A DNA stretch of 53,558 bases, the filler included, from Sphacelaria rigidula (taxonomy: Eukaryota), in NCBI GenBank assembly GCA_964200075.2. It is 3 parts of 3 records of this genome, joined end to end, with 100 filler letters (N's around TTAATTAATTAA, not from the genome) between each part and the next. Parts side by side here need not be neighbours in the genome. Positions count along the whole stretch, not along the records: positions 1 to 17,790 come from CAXNAA020000994.1; 2 more parts are not named here. The stretch is one strand, 5' to 3'. Below the pieces are notes generated by a model. That model made no database searches. It was given only the letters and a program-made list of their open reading frames with translations, and was not told the DNA's origin. Shown here piece after piece: positions 1 through 13,429 of this stretch. Each line of letters starts with the position of its first letter. Positions within the stretch are counted from its first letter, which is position 1. The translations under genes were made by a program, and so were the position numbers.

Positions 1-501
1 TGCAATAGAGAAATGGGACTTCAACCTCATTTTTTGTTTCAACCCCAAAAATTAGGATCGGCTGTTAAAAGGTGAAATGGTGGGGAGTCAAAGTGGGAAG
101 GAGTTTCGAACCGCGACTTTATCTGAAAGTGCAGGGGGTATTGATAAACGGGATGGTCGAAATTTCATCGAAAACAGTAAGGTATTGTAATTTCAAAACG
201 TACTTGTTTTCAGATGAAATAGGCAACATATCACGTCAGCTAAGCATGTGGGTGCCGCTGCCGAGCGAAAATATCGTATGACTGCCTAGGTGTGGGATGA
301 CGATATTCCTCAGCATATTTCTCTTCTGAGATTCGCGACAACGTGTGTGCTGACGTCACGTTGTGTAAATACACGTCAAATACGAGAACTAGAGAGTGCT
401 TGATATGGTTTCAACCTGCCAAGATTGCTCCATCTATCGCTTGCGCTAACGCCTACCGAACGACCTCCGTGTCCATGTACGTTGCGAGAACCAGCACCTA
501 T

Positions 502-1728
502 TCAACGATGACCTCTCCACGCCATCATTTGAGAACTTGCCTGATGTCTTCTTTGGGGGTTGCTATCGGTGCGTCGATCTTCGCTTGTTGGAAGATACGT
601 TGGCGACCCTTTCGACTTCATTCGCAGTGCTGCTCTGAACAGCGCGGCTAAAGCATACAACAAGCCACTCATCCCAACGCTGCTCGTCACAGCAGCCGCT
701 GTTGTCGCTCGTTGGTCATCCTCGCCGGCTGCTGTCATCGCGGTAGAAGTTTGTGAATCAGTCTTGAGCCCGCTTACCGCGTCAGCCCGTGCAGCTCCTT
801 CTGTCCACATGGCACACCTGTTTCAGTGAGCAGCCACGTCTGCTGGGTTAGAGCTCTTCGAAACGATAGAAATAATCTATTATGTATCTTGATACTTAGA
901 CCGTATCAGGCTGCGTCGTGGCGGAAAATCAAAAGCGTATGGGAACTAGAGTTGACGATTGTTGAAAAGAGGAAAAATTCCCATCTCCATCCTTGTGGGT
1001 GGGAAAACAACGGGAAAGATTGCACGGACTCAAAAATGATGAGTCGTTTACACCGACCAGAAGCATCCCGCCCGCCGTGAGCAATCATTGTTCTCGTAGC
1101 TCGGCAGACAAAAATCCATCTGCGAGTTTTCCCAACAGCTTTAGCATAATAATAGTGGCAGCTGTGGTGGCCCTCCGATCGGTAGCAATATTTGCGCATT
1201 GGGCGAGGTTTGTTGGTCATCACTGTTGCTTCTCAAGACAAATGTGAAGGGAGAGGTGCTCCGGTCATCGCCGTGCCGATGGCCCACAAACCTTGTGTCC
1301 CAAGAACCTCAAAGGGTAAGTAAGATCGGCATAGCCACGGCGGACATTGGCTTTGAAGAAGAGGGAGATGGGGGAGTTTTTGACTCAGGGGTTGCCTTTC
1401 CCCGGCATCACCAAAGCACATCATGGTGAGGGAAAAATAACACACACACACACACATCACCACATTCTCGCTGCACAGGATAACGCACCTCATGACCTCG
1501 TCGAAAGCTACGAAATTCGCGGGCATCAGTTCATGTCTCAGCACGCTTCTGAAGCACAGGCGCTGTGCTCGAGACTGGCACCGCAAAATCACGAGAAAAA
1601 CTCCATGAACACTTCACACCGCACCCTCGCAGCACATATGATGGTAAAGTCAACCGCTTCCAAGCGATGTAGTAGCCTCCTCGGTAGTGTCCTGTACTGC
1701 TGTGGTGTATCGCACAGTCGTCGGGCGC
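502..1728 (-). CDS. Probable 3' exons of an uncharacterised spliced gene (candidate exons 1655-1728, 1489-1548, 502-817)
   Basis: GT-AG, phase-consistent join gives APDDCAIHHSSTGHYRGGYYIAWKR/SVLRHELMPANFVAFDEVMR/CAMWTEGAARADAV...VGMSGLLYALAALFRAAL...GHR*, with a hydrophobic stretch in the last exon. No family recognised and upstream exons not resolved. Confidence 0.4.
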
Positions 1729-4700
1729 CTGCGATATTCACATGTAGCTGCTGGATTAATTCTTACACTCAGCTATTTGGTAAGAGAGGTGTTTGGCTCA
1801 GGCGAAACAGACGTCACCCCTCCCTGTGCTTCTTGTGCCGGGGCGTCACACCGCACAGTACTACACCAAACATATACATGTGGAAGTACATGCTGGGTAG
1901 CTGTGCCCTGCGATTCACTAGACTGTATCGTACTCTACTGTATGAACTCGCTCTTCCCCTCCCCCCCATTGCCTCCCGCGATTAGGTTTCGGTAGAAGTA
2001 CCGCCAGTTCTTATACCGAATGATGTTGGCGCTTGGCAAAGGACTCTGTTCGCGTGTTTTTGTAGTCTTAGACCACATCCACGTATGTGTAAACCGTAAA
2101 CTACGGTATAGCACGGTACAGGGCATCAACCGACGGCTGAGTTTATCGGCGCTACTGCTGTCCTCGTCGAGAGCAGAATCCTAGTACAAAAGATTTCCGA
2201 AACAACATTATGGATCGAAATTGTGAAAGAGCAAGTGGAAACGATTGGATGCAGCGCCAAGGAAGAACGCAAGCAGGAAAGATAAGAAAAGAAGCAGGAG
2301 CGAGGAATAGCAGCAGAAACCAGTAATGAGCCACTGTAATCTGAGTCCCACGAAGTTATGCAACGGTTTGAGATCGACCTTCACCCCATCGTAGTGAGCA
2401 AAATGGTCGAAATAGTATCGGGATACTTGGAACACAAAACACACACCATGACGAAAGATCATATGGAGAACACAACAGCCAAAGACCACAGGTCATATCT
2501 GTCAATCGGACGGGAAGCTGAACCGCGAGGAACGAATATGTAAACAATCGGGTGCCAACCGGTTGAGTGTACGAGTAGAGGAATTTTTCAGTAGCCGATC
2601 CGGGGATACCCAAAAAAGTACTGTTCCGGACCCACACACCTGTTTTTTCATTTTCGGCCCTCGAGGGTGGGGGGGGGACACCGACTCTTATGTAAACTAC
2701 GAGCTGGCCCAGCTTAAAAGCGGCCAAACGCTGTCCAAACTACGGATCTCCAAGTTTCCCGAATGAACCCGATGTAAGCATATCACTGGGAAGTGCAGAC
2801 CAACCTGGTAACACGCGGCACCGCCGCTGAATGAAAAAAACGGAAAAAAATGTACCGCATAATGTATGACCTTCACGACGGGCGAAAAAGAAGAGAATCT
2901 GTCGGGATTCGAACTCATGACCTCCATGACTGCAGTCTTCCATCACTCGAATTATAGGGGCACAGCTGTGTCACACGAAAAGTGTCATGCCCCGCCCAAT
3001 TCGACGACTCTTGAGCTGAAAGTTCACGAAGACCTTCTGCACCCAAGGAAATGATACATCGGGGGAGCAGCTGCAGATTATCGTTTTTTTCCTGGACTTA
3101 TGAATTTATCTTGTTTTTGCTGATATTTCAAATCCCCATAACTTTTTTTCTCCTTTTTTTCTATACTGCTCTCGTGATGTTCTGCATGTCGATTTTAATA
3201 AGCTGCTGTCAAAATTTCAGAGTGCAACTCCTAATTTTACGCAGTGCGTCGCCTGAGCGAGAAAACTACCCATTGTTGGCTGACCCACCTCGTATTTCTA
3301 CACTAATCCATATATGACGGAGTTATTTTATTCAAGAGTGGGGGGGCAAGTTACTTGAACTGATTATTTGTAAACCAAGTCACATGATCCAAGATTGGCT
3401 GGGCAAGATACGTGAACTAAGTTTTGTGAACTCAGATATTTTTGTTTCGCGGTTGAGTTACAGCAATTTCTTGGAAACAGTGTACATCCTTGATCCTAGT
3501 CCAGTGTCAAAACCGCAAAACGTGGACCAACATGAGTATTCCCGTCTGTCTACATGTGGCAACGTGACTATCGGATTTCGGGTACCCCACGCCACGAGTT
3601 TTGGGCCCAAGGTGTCTGGTGCACTCCTTTACGTATGTGCCATCCGTTGTTCAAATGTCACTTTGCGTCTTCTCCACCTGGGGCTGCACGGCCCTTGGCT
3701 CAAACGCGATATCCGGGGCTGTCGGGAACGTAAGTGCTATGGAGCAGGGGGGATAGGCTCCATACTAAAGGGTATACTCTGCTGTTTTTGCTTCAATGAT
3801 ACTGTCTCTGTACATGATAGCGCAATTGGTAGAAAACGCCAAAACCGAAGCTTTTGCTCTAAATTCTCCAAGTCCATCAACTGCGGATACACGTTGCATT
3901 CATGCCTCAAAACCCGAGGGGGAAAACAGTATTAATAACGTCGAACAGCCCAAAAGCGGGCTCCTCGATAGATCTACATCGTACCCAAGTTGGGCCAGAC
4001 ATGAACAGAGATATTCGATGCTGTGGACTATTAACTGAAATTTCTTCTCTAGACTGCCCTTTCAATCATTGCGAGGCGGATGGGACTACCGTCGTACCTT
4101 ACGTTGTCAGCGTGGGCAGCTACCCTAACACCAAATGAATGGCACCCGCAAGATCGAGGATATACCGGCGTATCCGTTGTTTACAACAATATATAACAAC
4201 AACCAAACCTGACGCGCTATTTCGGAAAGCATTTTGGAGTCTGTTCGCTTTTGGCATCAACCAACTTGCCAGCCGCTTCGGTAAAAATATGTGACTACTG
4301 TAGTTGATGCTCTCTTTGTGCGGCTGCTTCCCCAACAAAATCGTCGGGAAAATGAACGGTTCTTCGCGTTGAACACCTCGTACTATTGTCCACCGTCTTT
4401 CTCGAAATAGGGAGCGCACGTGTAGTTCAGAGCATGTTTCAGCGGTGTTATGCTCGTGTTCCCCCATGTAACAAGTCGTAAAATTATTTGATTGTCGTAT
4501 GATAACAGGGCACGTCGTGGTCAGGTGGGGAAATGTATTACTCGCCATCCGCGGAAAGGGAGGACGTGATTTGCAGGGTTTCGGCTGAGGAGCGCGGTAT
4601 TTTGAGAATACATCTACAAACACGTCCAGTACCTTGGGTCTGACTCATGTGACAACCATTGCGGATCACCGACCAACACCTGTCTGTAGGCATTGGGCTA

Positions 4701-6445
4701 TGTTTCGCAGTTATCAATGTTGCTGCTGCTTGGCAAATGAAGTCCTCGACGGAACAGATGATTTGATAAGATATCATAGCGACAAACGGAACTTCCGTCT
4801 AGCTAACCTGACAGGGTTATTTTCATGTTGCCTCACAGCACATTCATCTACCTGTAGATAGTAGAGTACAGCACAGTACAGTACGGTGCATGTCCCGATG
4901 GCTGGACTCATCCGCGCTGCTGCTATCCTGATGGGGACCAGATCTTAGTAGATTCCGGAGAATATTTTTATGGGTCGATGTTGCGAAATAAATACGACTG
5001 AAGCAACTCCGTTACAGTGGGTACAATTTGACAAAACAAATGCAACCGATGTATCCAGTCCAACCGATATATCCAGTCCCGCGGTCGAGAAGGTTGAACC
5101 CGCGCGCACATACGCACCCATTTGGCACTCCACGAGGGATGATGACGACACATACAAAAGGAAGCACGAAAAAAACACGCCTCGGCAGAAAGCCTTTCTC
5201 CAAAAAGCCTTTCTCCCCGAGGAAATCGCCAAGGATTATATTTAGGGGCAGGCCCAAAGACCCGCATGGGCACTTTTGACAATATCTACCGCTGTAGAGA
5301 TAACCATAACGATAGGAGCATGTCAACGGATGAAAAAATCATTCAGAGAGTCTGAGGAAGTGTCACAGCGCTTGTAGCCGTCGAAAAGACGAGTATTTTG
5401 TGGGGAACATCCGACCGACAAAAACGTTTTCGGGGCTGAACAACGACACCCTTCTTGAATAATTGATGAAGGAGAAGACTTCCATCGCGACTCTTCAAGC
5501 GGTTGCTATTTGTTCGGTCATATCGCGCCCTGACGTAGCTTAGGATCACCTCTGATTTTGTTGTACGGAAGGTGATAATAAAGTTCAGGCATGCAACCGA
5601 AAATATATACCCCGGGGTGTTATTTTACATAATGGATTGTTTCCCTGAGCTCGTGTAGGGGAAAAAAAGTCCAGCTGGACAGAAAACGTCACGCAGTCAG
5701 CAACCAACACCGATATCTGTGGCAATCATATGTCACTTGAGATCGCAGATCCAATCCTCCGTCTTATTAATAGTACGGACTAATGCGCCATGGTGTGGTG
5801 GCGGAGGTCGATATTTGAGGGACGCTTCACAGCTCATTCGGCCTGACGTCGGAGAAGATGAGCACCCATCAATCCATTTTCGGTTCCAGCGGAGGCTTGG
5901 TGTGAAAAGAACTATTCTATCGAGTAATCCATGTGATGACAGATTGCACTGTGCGGTCTGTACTGTACTCATTTCGGTGGGGGATGACGTACACTGCTGT
6001 TGTTACCGACAGAGCTACATCCGCATTGCTATGACACTCGGGGCCCACCAACACACCCTCGGCACTAACCACAGCACGTAGCTGATGGAGCAATGGCAGG
6101 GGTGTAGGCACGGAGGAGCTTTGGAGGCTCCAGTAACGACAAAAATGGCTTATGAGGCGCAATTTTTACGCGGATTTGTTTTCCAGTCGCTGCCCGAGGT
6201 CGGTCTCCGCTTTCTTCCACTTACGCCGCAGACACTACAGTACACGGGCAGCTTGAGGTGTACCATAGTATTCTACTTACGACTCGCTGCTGCTGCCGCA
6301 CTGCAGAGGGCTGTTGGTATGGCCAGTTAGACGTGGGCGTGCGCATGTGGTGCTTTGTTGATGGGCATTGATACAACACACCCATGCCAGCATGCTTTGA
6401 AAGTGGGCTATTAAGTTTTCTTACACCCACCTCGTTGCATTGTCT

Positions 6446-8080
6446 CACACTCTGGACAATGCAATATGTAATATTTATATTACCCGCTCAATATGTCGAC
6501 GCGTCGGGTGGTCAACATGTATTGGGCGAGCAATATGATTACACGAGAGAGGGTCAATATATAGTGTGCCGTCATTATGCCCAGTCTCGCAAAATGCAAT
6601 ACATATCGACCGAACAATATATCACGACACGCGCCACCTCAATATATATCGGCCGAGTAATATGTTGGTGCCTCACCGCACCAGCACATAAATTGGTCAA
6701 GTAGTATATTGGCTGCCACACGAGGTCAATATATATTAATGATTCAATATACTCAACACTTGAAGCACCAATATATATTGCTGCCCGAATGTGTCGTGCG
6801 TCAATGCGTCCAACATATATTGGGCGGACAATACACGAGGGAACGGACGGTCAAAATACATATTGGCGCAGCAATATATATATATATATATATATATGTA
6901 TTGATTTTCAACACGTAGACTGGAAAGTGTATTGGAATCAGTATGGTGGGCACTTCTATGTTCGCGGGCGCCATTGAAAGATGTATCACCACATCCCGAA
7001 AACGCTCAATATATTGCTTCGCGAGCGTGTTCAATATATATTGGTGTGGCAATAGCTATGCGATGAGCGTGCGTGCGCAATATATATTGGAAAAATATTA
7101 CTTTTGCATGGTTCGCGCTCAATATATATGATGGCAACAACGTGTTCTGCATCGCTTCGACTCAATATATATTGAAAGTTCAATACATACACGGCCGGTA
7201 TGCGCAACAAATATTGAATGTTTTGTTCCCGGAGCAAATGCATATCCAATATATATTGTCATGCATCACTTCACGATCAAGACACGAGCAATATATGTTG
7301 TCGCTTCAATACCTCCGAGGACATCTCAACACACAATATCTTGAAAGGACAACATATTTGCGCTGTTTCCAATACAAAGGATTGGTATCATATTGGAACA
7401 TTATTGTATTGTCCAGGGCATAAGCAACACAGAAACGGTGACCACCGGGGCACCAAAAGACGCATATCGACCCGCTTTTTCTGTCGTCCTCATGTTTACT
7501 GAAGATATATAACGTGCTATGAAGGGGATGGGCGGCCCCGTACCGGTGGCCAGATAGGTATCAGAAGGCATAAATACCGGGCCGTCTCTGCCACCATATG
7601 TTTTTACCCATATATATATATACATATATATATATACACGTCAAACGGATTCGACATCTCTTCGTAGCAATGCACGCGAACTTCTGCCGCTCCTTCGATC
7701 CTCAATCTTCACGGGCTCCGGCATCCACCTCGTCTGGATCTTTCTATAAGTGTACACCATACTCATAATATCCGATATATATTGACCGGCCAATATATTG
7801 GCACCCACGTAGACCCAGTATATACTGACCGGTCAAAATGTTTGTACCAATGCGACCCTACCATGTATTGTTCGTGCAATATGCCGTCACCCACACTGCC
7901 CCAATATATATTGATGGGACAGTATGTATTCACACCCACAATACCAATATATATTGGGAGGGCAATATGTATGCAGTCCAACGATATCAATATATATATA
8001 TATATATATATTGGGCGCGCAATACGTGTGCGATCCAAGGGTACTAACATATATTACGCCGGCAATATATCGCAAAACTT
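6446..8080 (+). repeat. Interspersed element, copy 1, carrying directional 42-43-bp periodic arrays of CAATATATATTG-N6-CAATAT with unique spacers
   Basis: Motif starts at 6513, 6555, 6597, 6640, ~6684, 6727, 6769, 6811, ~6852, then 7032, 7078, 7120, 7163, 7205, 7247, 7289, and 7902, 7945, 7988. Colinear with 13430-15520. Short inverted repeat CTCTGGACAAT (6448) / ATTGTCCAGGG (7408). Confidence 0.85.
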
Positions 8081-10850
8081 CAAGGATCAGAATCTGGGGC
8101 TGGGTATATGCGGTACCCCCGAAAACCGGTCAGCCCGTAAGTCGTTCAATATTGAGTGCAGGCGTGATCTTATTTCGGAATGAGGAGGAGATGCTAAAAA
8201 CATTTCGATCCCCGAAATTTGAAAAAAAACATTTACTGGGATGAACAGGGGCACGCGAAAGCACTTTTGAACATCCCCGACTACGAAAAAATATGAAAAC
8301 CCCCCATTTTCAGCTCAAAACTACTGTACCAGCGGCACAATGCTTGTGAGCAGCAACAGCATAAACATGAACCCTGATCGTTCCCCACTCACCTACTGCA
8401 CTCGCCATGATAGTAAAAGCCATCGCACGACACCATCGCATTGCAAGCCCACTGGGCAACAATCTGTGACGAACTGCCTGCGACGGAACGATTGAAGGTT
8501 AATGGAAGCAAAGGAGGGCGTACGGATGGCATCACCCGTTCGTAAAGGCGGCCGAAGCGAGTACAACATGTGAGTTCAGGCCAATCATTAGACGTGAAAA
8601 GGGGATAGTGGGCCCTACCGATGATTTATGAGTCCCGACCACAATCCCATCGTGCATAACGCATGCACAACACGATACAGAAACGTGGCATGATATTCAG
8701 AAAGCCTGCCTGTCCATCTGCAGAAGTCAGTACTCGATTGCACAAAATATAACACACATGGTCTCATCCTCGCTCCTCCGCCTTTCGAGAATTATTGAAG
8801 CAGAGGATTGAAGTCAGCAGATACTTCTTCGATTGACATATCTCAAACGGAGCTCTTCAACAGGGCAAGCTTTGGAAACCGTCGGCATGACAGTTCAGCA
8901 TACACAGGTGAAAACACCGCTGGAGGCCAGAGCATTCTGGCTTTCTGGTGAAGGTTTTTGACAGATTTTTGAACGGCTTACCTCGCCAAGACGGATCCTC
9001 GGGAATGTCGGGCGCAACATCCGTAGTCCAGCGCGATGCAAACTGGACCAGCTGTTGGTCAACAAAACCGAAGACGCCACGTCTGAAAGCCTTCGTTGTA
9101 GCACCTTGAGTTGTGTCCACCGAGTCCACGCGCAAGAGAAGATAATTGGCATCACAAGCAACAAGGGGAAAAATGACCTCACATGAATACACGAATTCGA
9201 CATACAACACACACTCAGGCGTGCTCAGCACTATCACGTGGAGACACACAATGTATACACCAACGGGTCTGTATGATTTTATCGCGGTATCGTAGCGTTC
9301 GCCCTCTCAAATATTTTTACAGGCATGCTGTACAGTGTCGACACAAAGGGAGTATGGGACCAAAATGACATACGAGCCCGAAGCAGGCAGTGACCCAAAT
9401 AGGGAGAAATCTTGACCGAAGTTGTTGCCACGTGTGGTAAGTCGGTGCTGTATGGATATTTCTAAATTATTTCCGCAGGTACATTCATGTGCGCAGGGTT
9501 TCATCGCAAATGCGCGCTCTACGGGATATACGCAGCCTAGCACTGTTGAGCTCGCGGTCAAACCCCAAGACCCCTCGCAGCAAGCGGGGATTGATGTAGA
9601 AACACGCCACGACTTGCAGCATGAAAGGCACACATTTGACGACCGAAATAGACGTGTACGACTGAAAAAGAAGCCGTCGGTGATTGCAGTTTATGGTGCT
9701 GGACGTGTGGAAAGGTGCTGCGCGTGTGGAAGCACAGCACAGAACCTCGACTAGAAATTTACATGTGACAAGAGGCCGCAGTTTGTATGACTGAGCTTGC
9801 TCGGGGCTCGGGGCATGGTACAAAGCCGAAGAGTGGGGTGCTTGCTTCGTACGGTCGCTGTTACCATGCGACGTCCTTAGTATAGCACAGTACAGTGCAG
9901 CAGTTATTTCTTCCATTTTTTCATGCCATGGACATGACCGTGCTGAGAGTCATGAAACAAACGGGACGTGCTGTACTCGGGAACTGACACAATCCAAATT
10001 GACCATCTGTATAGTCAAGGTGTTAAGCTTCCCCTGACAATTTGTATACATCAACGCAATCGGACACGCTTACTCCGAGTTTGCCATCATCGGACGGAGC
10101 TGATCATTTGAAAGTCTAGGCGCTTTCGACCGCGAGATATACGCCGCTGGAAAGGCCCTGTGGAGCGTACCCAGCAATATATCGCAGCTGTAGAGACAAC
10201 TGCTGGAGAAGCATATTTGTACCTTGATGTTTTCCCCGCGCCTTTCCGGAACGATGCACGCCTTGATCGTTTCCGAAATGATTCGGTATCATGATCAAGA
10301 ATTGTTCTCACATGTGATCTCACATTCTCTTCTCAGTCACGTACCGGGGTTCTGTGAAGCGATTGCTCAACTAAATCAGTGTACCTATTCTACTTGATGC
10401 GCGCATCTTAAATGGTTGTAGACGCGTTTCTTCATTCCGCTGCAACCATAGTCGTTCGTAAATCATCAGGCGCCTGATACAGGGATGAAAGGGACAAGGT
10501 TGAGGTCGGGCAGTCTTCCTGCTGCCAAACGGAAATCTTTGAGCAAGTACTGCTGCGGCCGAAGGGGCACTCGCTCGATATAACCCCAGTAGATGACTCG
10601 GAGAAGAGAATGTGGGATCAAATGTGAAAATGATCATCGAAAACAAGTACTGAGTCATTGTGAAAGCGATCACGCCGGGCATCGTTCTGGCGTGGTGCGG
10701 GAAGAGTTTTAGGATACAAACATGCTTCTACGGCAATACTCGTAGTACAGCTACGACATATCACTCGGTACTTTCCGCGAGGTCTTTCCAGCAGCACAAG
10801 TCTCGCGGTCACAAACACCTGGACCTTTACGCCAACCGCGGGACGGAAAG

Positions 10851-12608
10851 CTAGCAAATGTGACAACGCAAACCCCCTCGAACAAGCTTCTCACCTACAA
10901 GGATCTCGTGTCGCGATTCGATCTCTACACCACCATCATCGTTGGCACCTTGCCTTATACCATCCGCCATTTCCGATGTCTCGCACAGTTCGCGCCGACA
11001 GCCACTACCCGACGGCATCCTCACCCTTTGGAACACCTCGTGGAGCGCACCCTCTTTCCTTCCCTCTTGTAGATCAACATCACCAGGGAATGATGGGGCT
11101 TGCAGCGCTGGCATGACTTGGTCTACAGATAGTACAGCAGTTGTCGGACACAAAATTGCCGGTGGCATCCACGCGTGGCATTGGTCATCCTGGTCCTGCT
11201 CTTGCAAGAAATATCCGGTCGCTTGCTGCTGGTGTTCACAATTGTCCCTTTGCCGCGAAAATACACTCAAGGCGACATGGGCCCGATTATTTGAGCTATA
11301 GGTGTTTTTAACCAACCTTGTACCCCGTTTACCCCGACCGCGATGGCATCTGGAAAGGGGAGAGCTCTTGGGCTTCTTGTTCATGACCTCGGCTGCCGGA
11401 AGGGTGATGTACTCAGATGAATCCTGACTCTTCTTATACCATGCAGGCATCAGTGCAGTTGCCCCTGGTAGTGAGCGCCGCCACCTGAAACTGTGTTCGC
11501 GACTGATATGCGTGTTTGGTGCACGGTTGTTGAGTACATAGTTGTCATCGCTTTTGGTGTACGTCCGTGGGGTTGCAATCGGCAGTGCTTGTTGCTCCCC
11601 CAGAGGCGGACCACAAACAGTTCCGGCGGCGAAGGCGGTAATCGCGATCACAAAAAGCGCAACACAACCAGCCGCTGACATCTCCCCTTTGGCACAGTTG
11701 CTGTTGTTGCGACTGATACTGCCGTCGGTGCCACCGCTGATAAGTCTGCTGAATATTCTCGCTTCCGCCATGCGATTGCGTGTGGCACTGTGGCACCTGT
11801 TCGATGCATGGTGATGATGCGTCTGTTCATCCACCGCGAGCGGCAGCTGAGGGGTCCCCGGTCGCCGATATATCATCGCTCTCGCCTGACGCTTGAGATC
11901 TATCTGCCTGTTACGCGTATGGCCTGGAATTGAACCAGCTTTTACGGTTGTGGTGAAGTGAAACTTGTTCGTCGTTGAGGACTGTTTGTTCAACTCCAAC
12001 GTCGAGCCCTTACACCTCACTCTTTCGTCGGTGTCGCATGATGCGTGGTCACGCGAACATGCTCTCGGTTTCTCTCGGCAGTGTGCCTCATCAGAAGACA
12101 CGCTTTCTTGTAGGCTGTGCCGCTCAGATGCAGCTGCTCTCGTGGCCGCTTTGGATTTGTTGATGGCACTGGCGTCGCCGGGCAATTGTGTCTTGCGTGT
12201 GGCACTAACCGTTACCGTTTTACACAGCGGCACAGCACTGGTATCAGTGGCGGTGTAGGCAGGTGCCAAGTTACGAACCGGTTGGTATTCCATTACGCGA
12301 CAGTCCTCCTCCGTAAGCCTGTCCCCCAGCCATCGACTACGGCGACCTTCCAGCAACGAGCCACAGCTTTCACGTTCGATAGTCAAACCATTGTCACAAC
12401 AACGTCGCCGGGATGTTGTCGACCAGGCCTCCCCAGTTGAAGCCGTAGGAGTAACGTCAAACATGATATTTTCACGCCCTATGGATATTCCTTCCGCGTC
12501 ACTTCGTTCTGCATCCAGGGGCATAACGAACCTGGAAACCCCCGCACAATAGAAGCAAAACACCAGAAAGCAACGGCAGTGATATCCGACGTAACCAGCG
12601 GCTATCAT
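10851..12608 (-). CDS. 585-codon orphan ORF (probably a large first exon); Ser/Arg/Thr-rich with one predicted TM segment
   Basis: 1758-nt stop-free frame, by far the longest in the window. Hydrophobic segment MSAAGCVALFVIAITAFAAGTVCG. Possible GTGAG donor shortly before the stop. No family recognised. Confidence 0.55.
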   Translation of the reverse strand: MIAAGYVGYHCRCFLVFCFYCAGVSRFVMPLDAERSDAEGISIGRENIMFDVTPTASTGEAWSTTSRRRCCDNGLTIERESCGSLLEGRRSRWLGDRLTEEDCRVMEYQPVRNLAPAYTATDTSAVPLCKTVTVSATRKTQLPGDASAINKSKAATRAAASERHSLQESVSSDEAHCREKPRACSRDHASCDTDERVRCKGSTLELNKQSSTTNKFHFTTTVKAGSIPGHTRNRQIDLKRQARAMIYRRPGTPQLPLAVDEQTHHHHASNRCHSATRNRMAEARIFSRLISGGTDGSISRNNSNCAKGEMSAAGCVALFVIAITAFAAGTVCGPPLGEQQALPIATPRTYTKSDDNYVLNNRAPNTHISREHSFRWRRSLPGATALMPAWYKKSQDSSEYITLPAAEVMNKKPKSSPLSRCHRGRGKRGTRLVKNTYSSNNRAHVALSVFSRQRDNCEHQQQATGYFLQEQDQDDQCHAWMPPAILCPTTAVLSVDQVMPALQAPSFPGDVDLQEGRKEGALHEVFQRVRMPSGSGCRRELCETSEMADGIRQGANDDGGVEIESRHEILVGEKLVRGGLRCHIC

Positions 12609-13429
12609 GAGCTATGCGACGAGGCTTCGGGTTCGCGGGGTCGAAGTCTTCCCATAAAACGTCCAGCGCTCAGCAGAATAGACCGAAAAATGACAATTGA
12701 TTGCACGTTGTCAGGGTACACTTTTAAACACACTTCAATAAAAGACTCAGCTGCCCACGCTGTGACAACGGTGTGCAGGCGCACGTAGCATCTGAACAGG
12801 GAGGGTATCGCCTGAACGCACGACTTCTACACCCAAAGGGGGCTAGTGAAAACTCAACGGAATGCTGGTGCAGCATCCCGGAAAAGAAGCATACGAAGAC
12901 CACCATCGAACAGCCCGGACACGTTTTGTGGCCCAAAATCAGCCTCGTTCGCACCTCTAGCAGTGTCTTGAAAACAGTGCATATCCTTGCTCCGAGTACA
13001 AAAACGTGATTTTAACACTTGGGCCAATTTCATACCTGGAGGTCTGATTGCAAACTGACCCTCTCCTTACATAGATTTAGATAACCCGAACACTCTGCCA
13101 ATTTTCGCCTCGTAGTTTTGACTCGTCTGCTGTGTCTGAACTGAGAGATACGTCATTCCTTGATCGAAGGCGGAGTTTGTTCGGTCCTGGCGTTATTTAG
13201 TAACCACATGTGTTCGACGCTCCTGACTCGCGGTCAACTTGTAACACAACTTCGAAAACGGCGGAAAACCTCGCTCCGGTGTCGGGAACACACTTTCAAG
13301 ACGTGAACTAACTTCATTCCAAAAGTCTGAAAGCGCCTGGCAGCCTCATGACTTTGTCCTAGCGTACCCCCTCCCCGCCAAGGTTGACCTTGAAGGACAA
13401 AAATGGGTGTGGTGTCGCAATTGGAAGAT

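Noticed and set aside
6513-8070. True CRISPR array
   Set aside because: Eukaryotic context, no cas genes, degenerate bipartite repeats, spacers of only 17-18 nt, and the same spacer order in a paralogous copy.
6384-8244. QYIL/NIY-repeat proteins in the ORF track (also 13234-15526)
   Set aside because: They are translation artefacts of the CAATATATATTG motif, appear in several frames on both strands, and are broken by (AT)n expansions.
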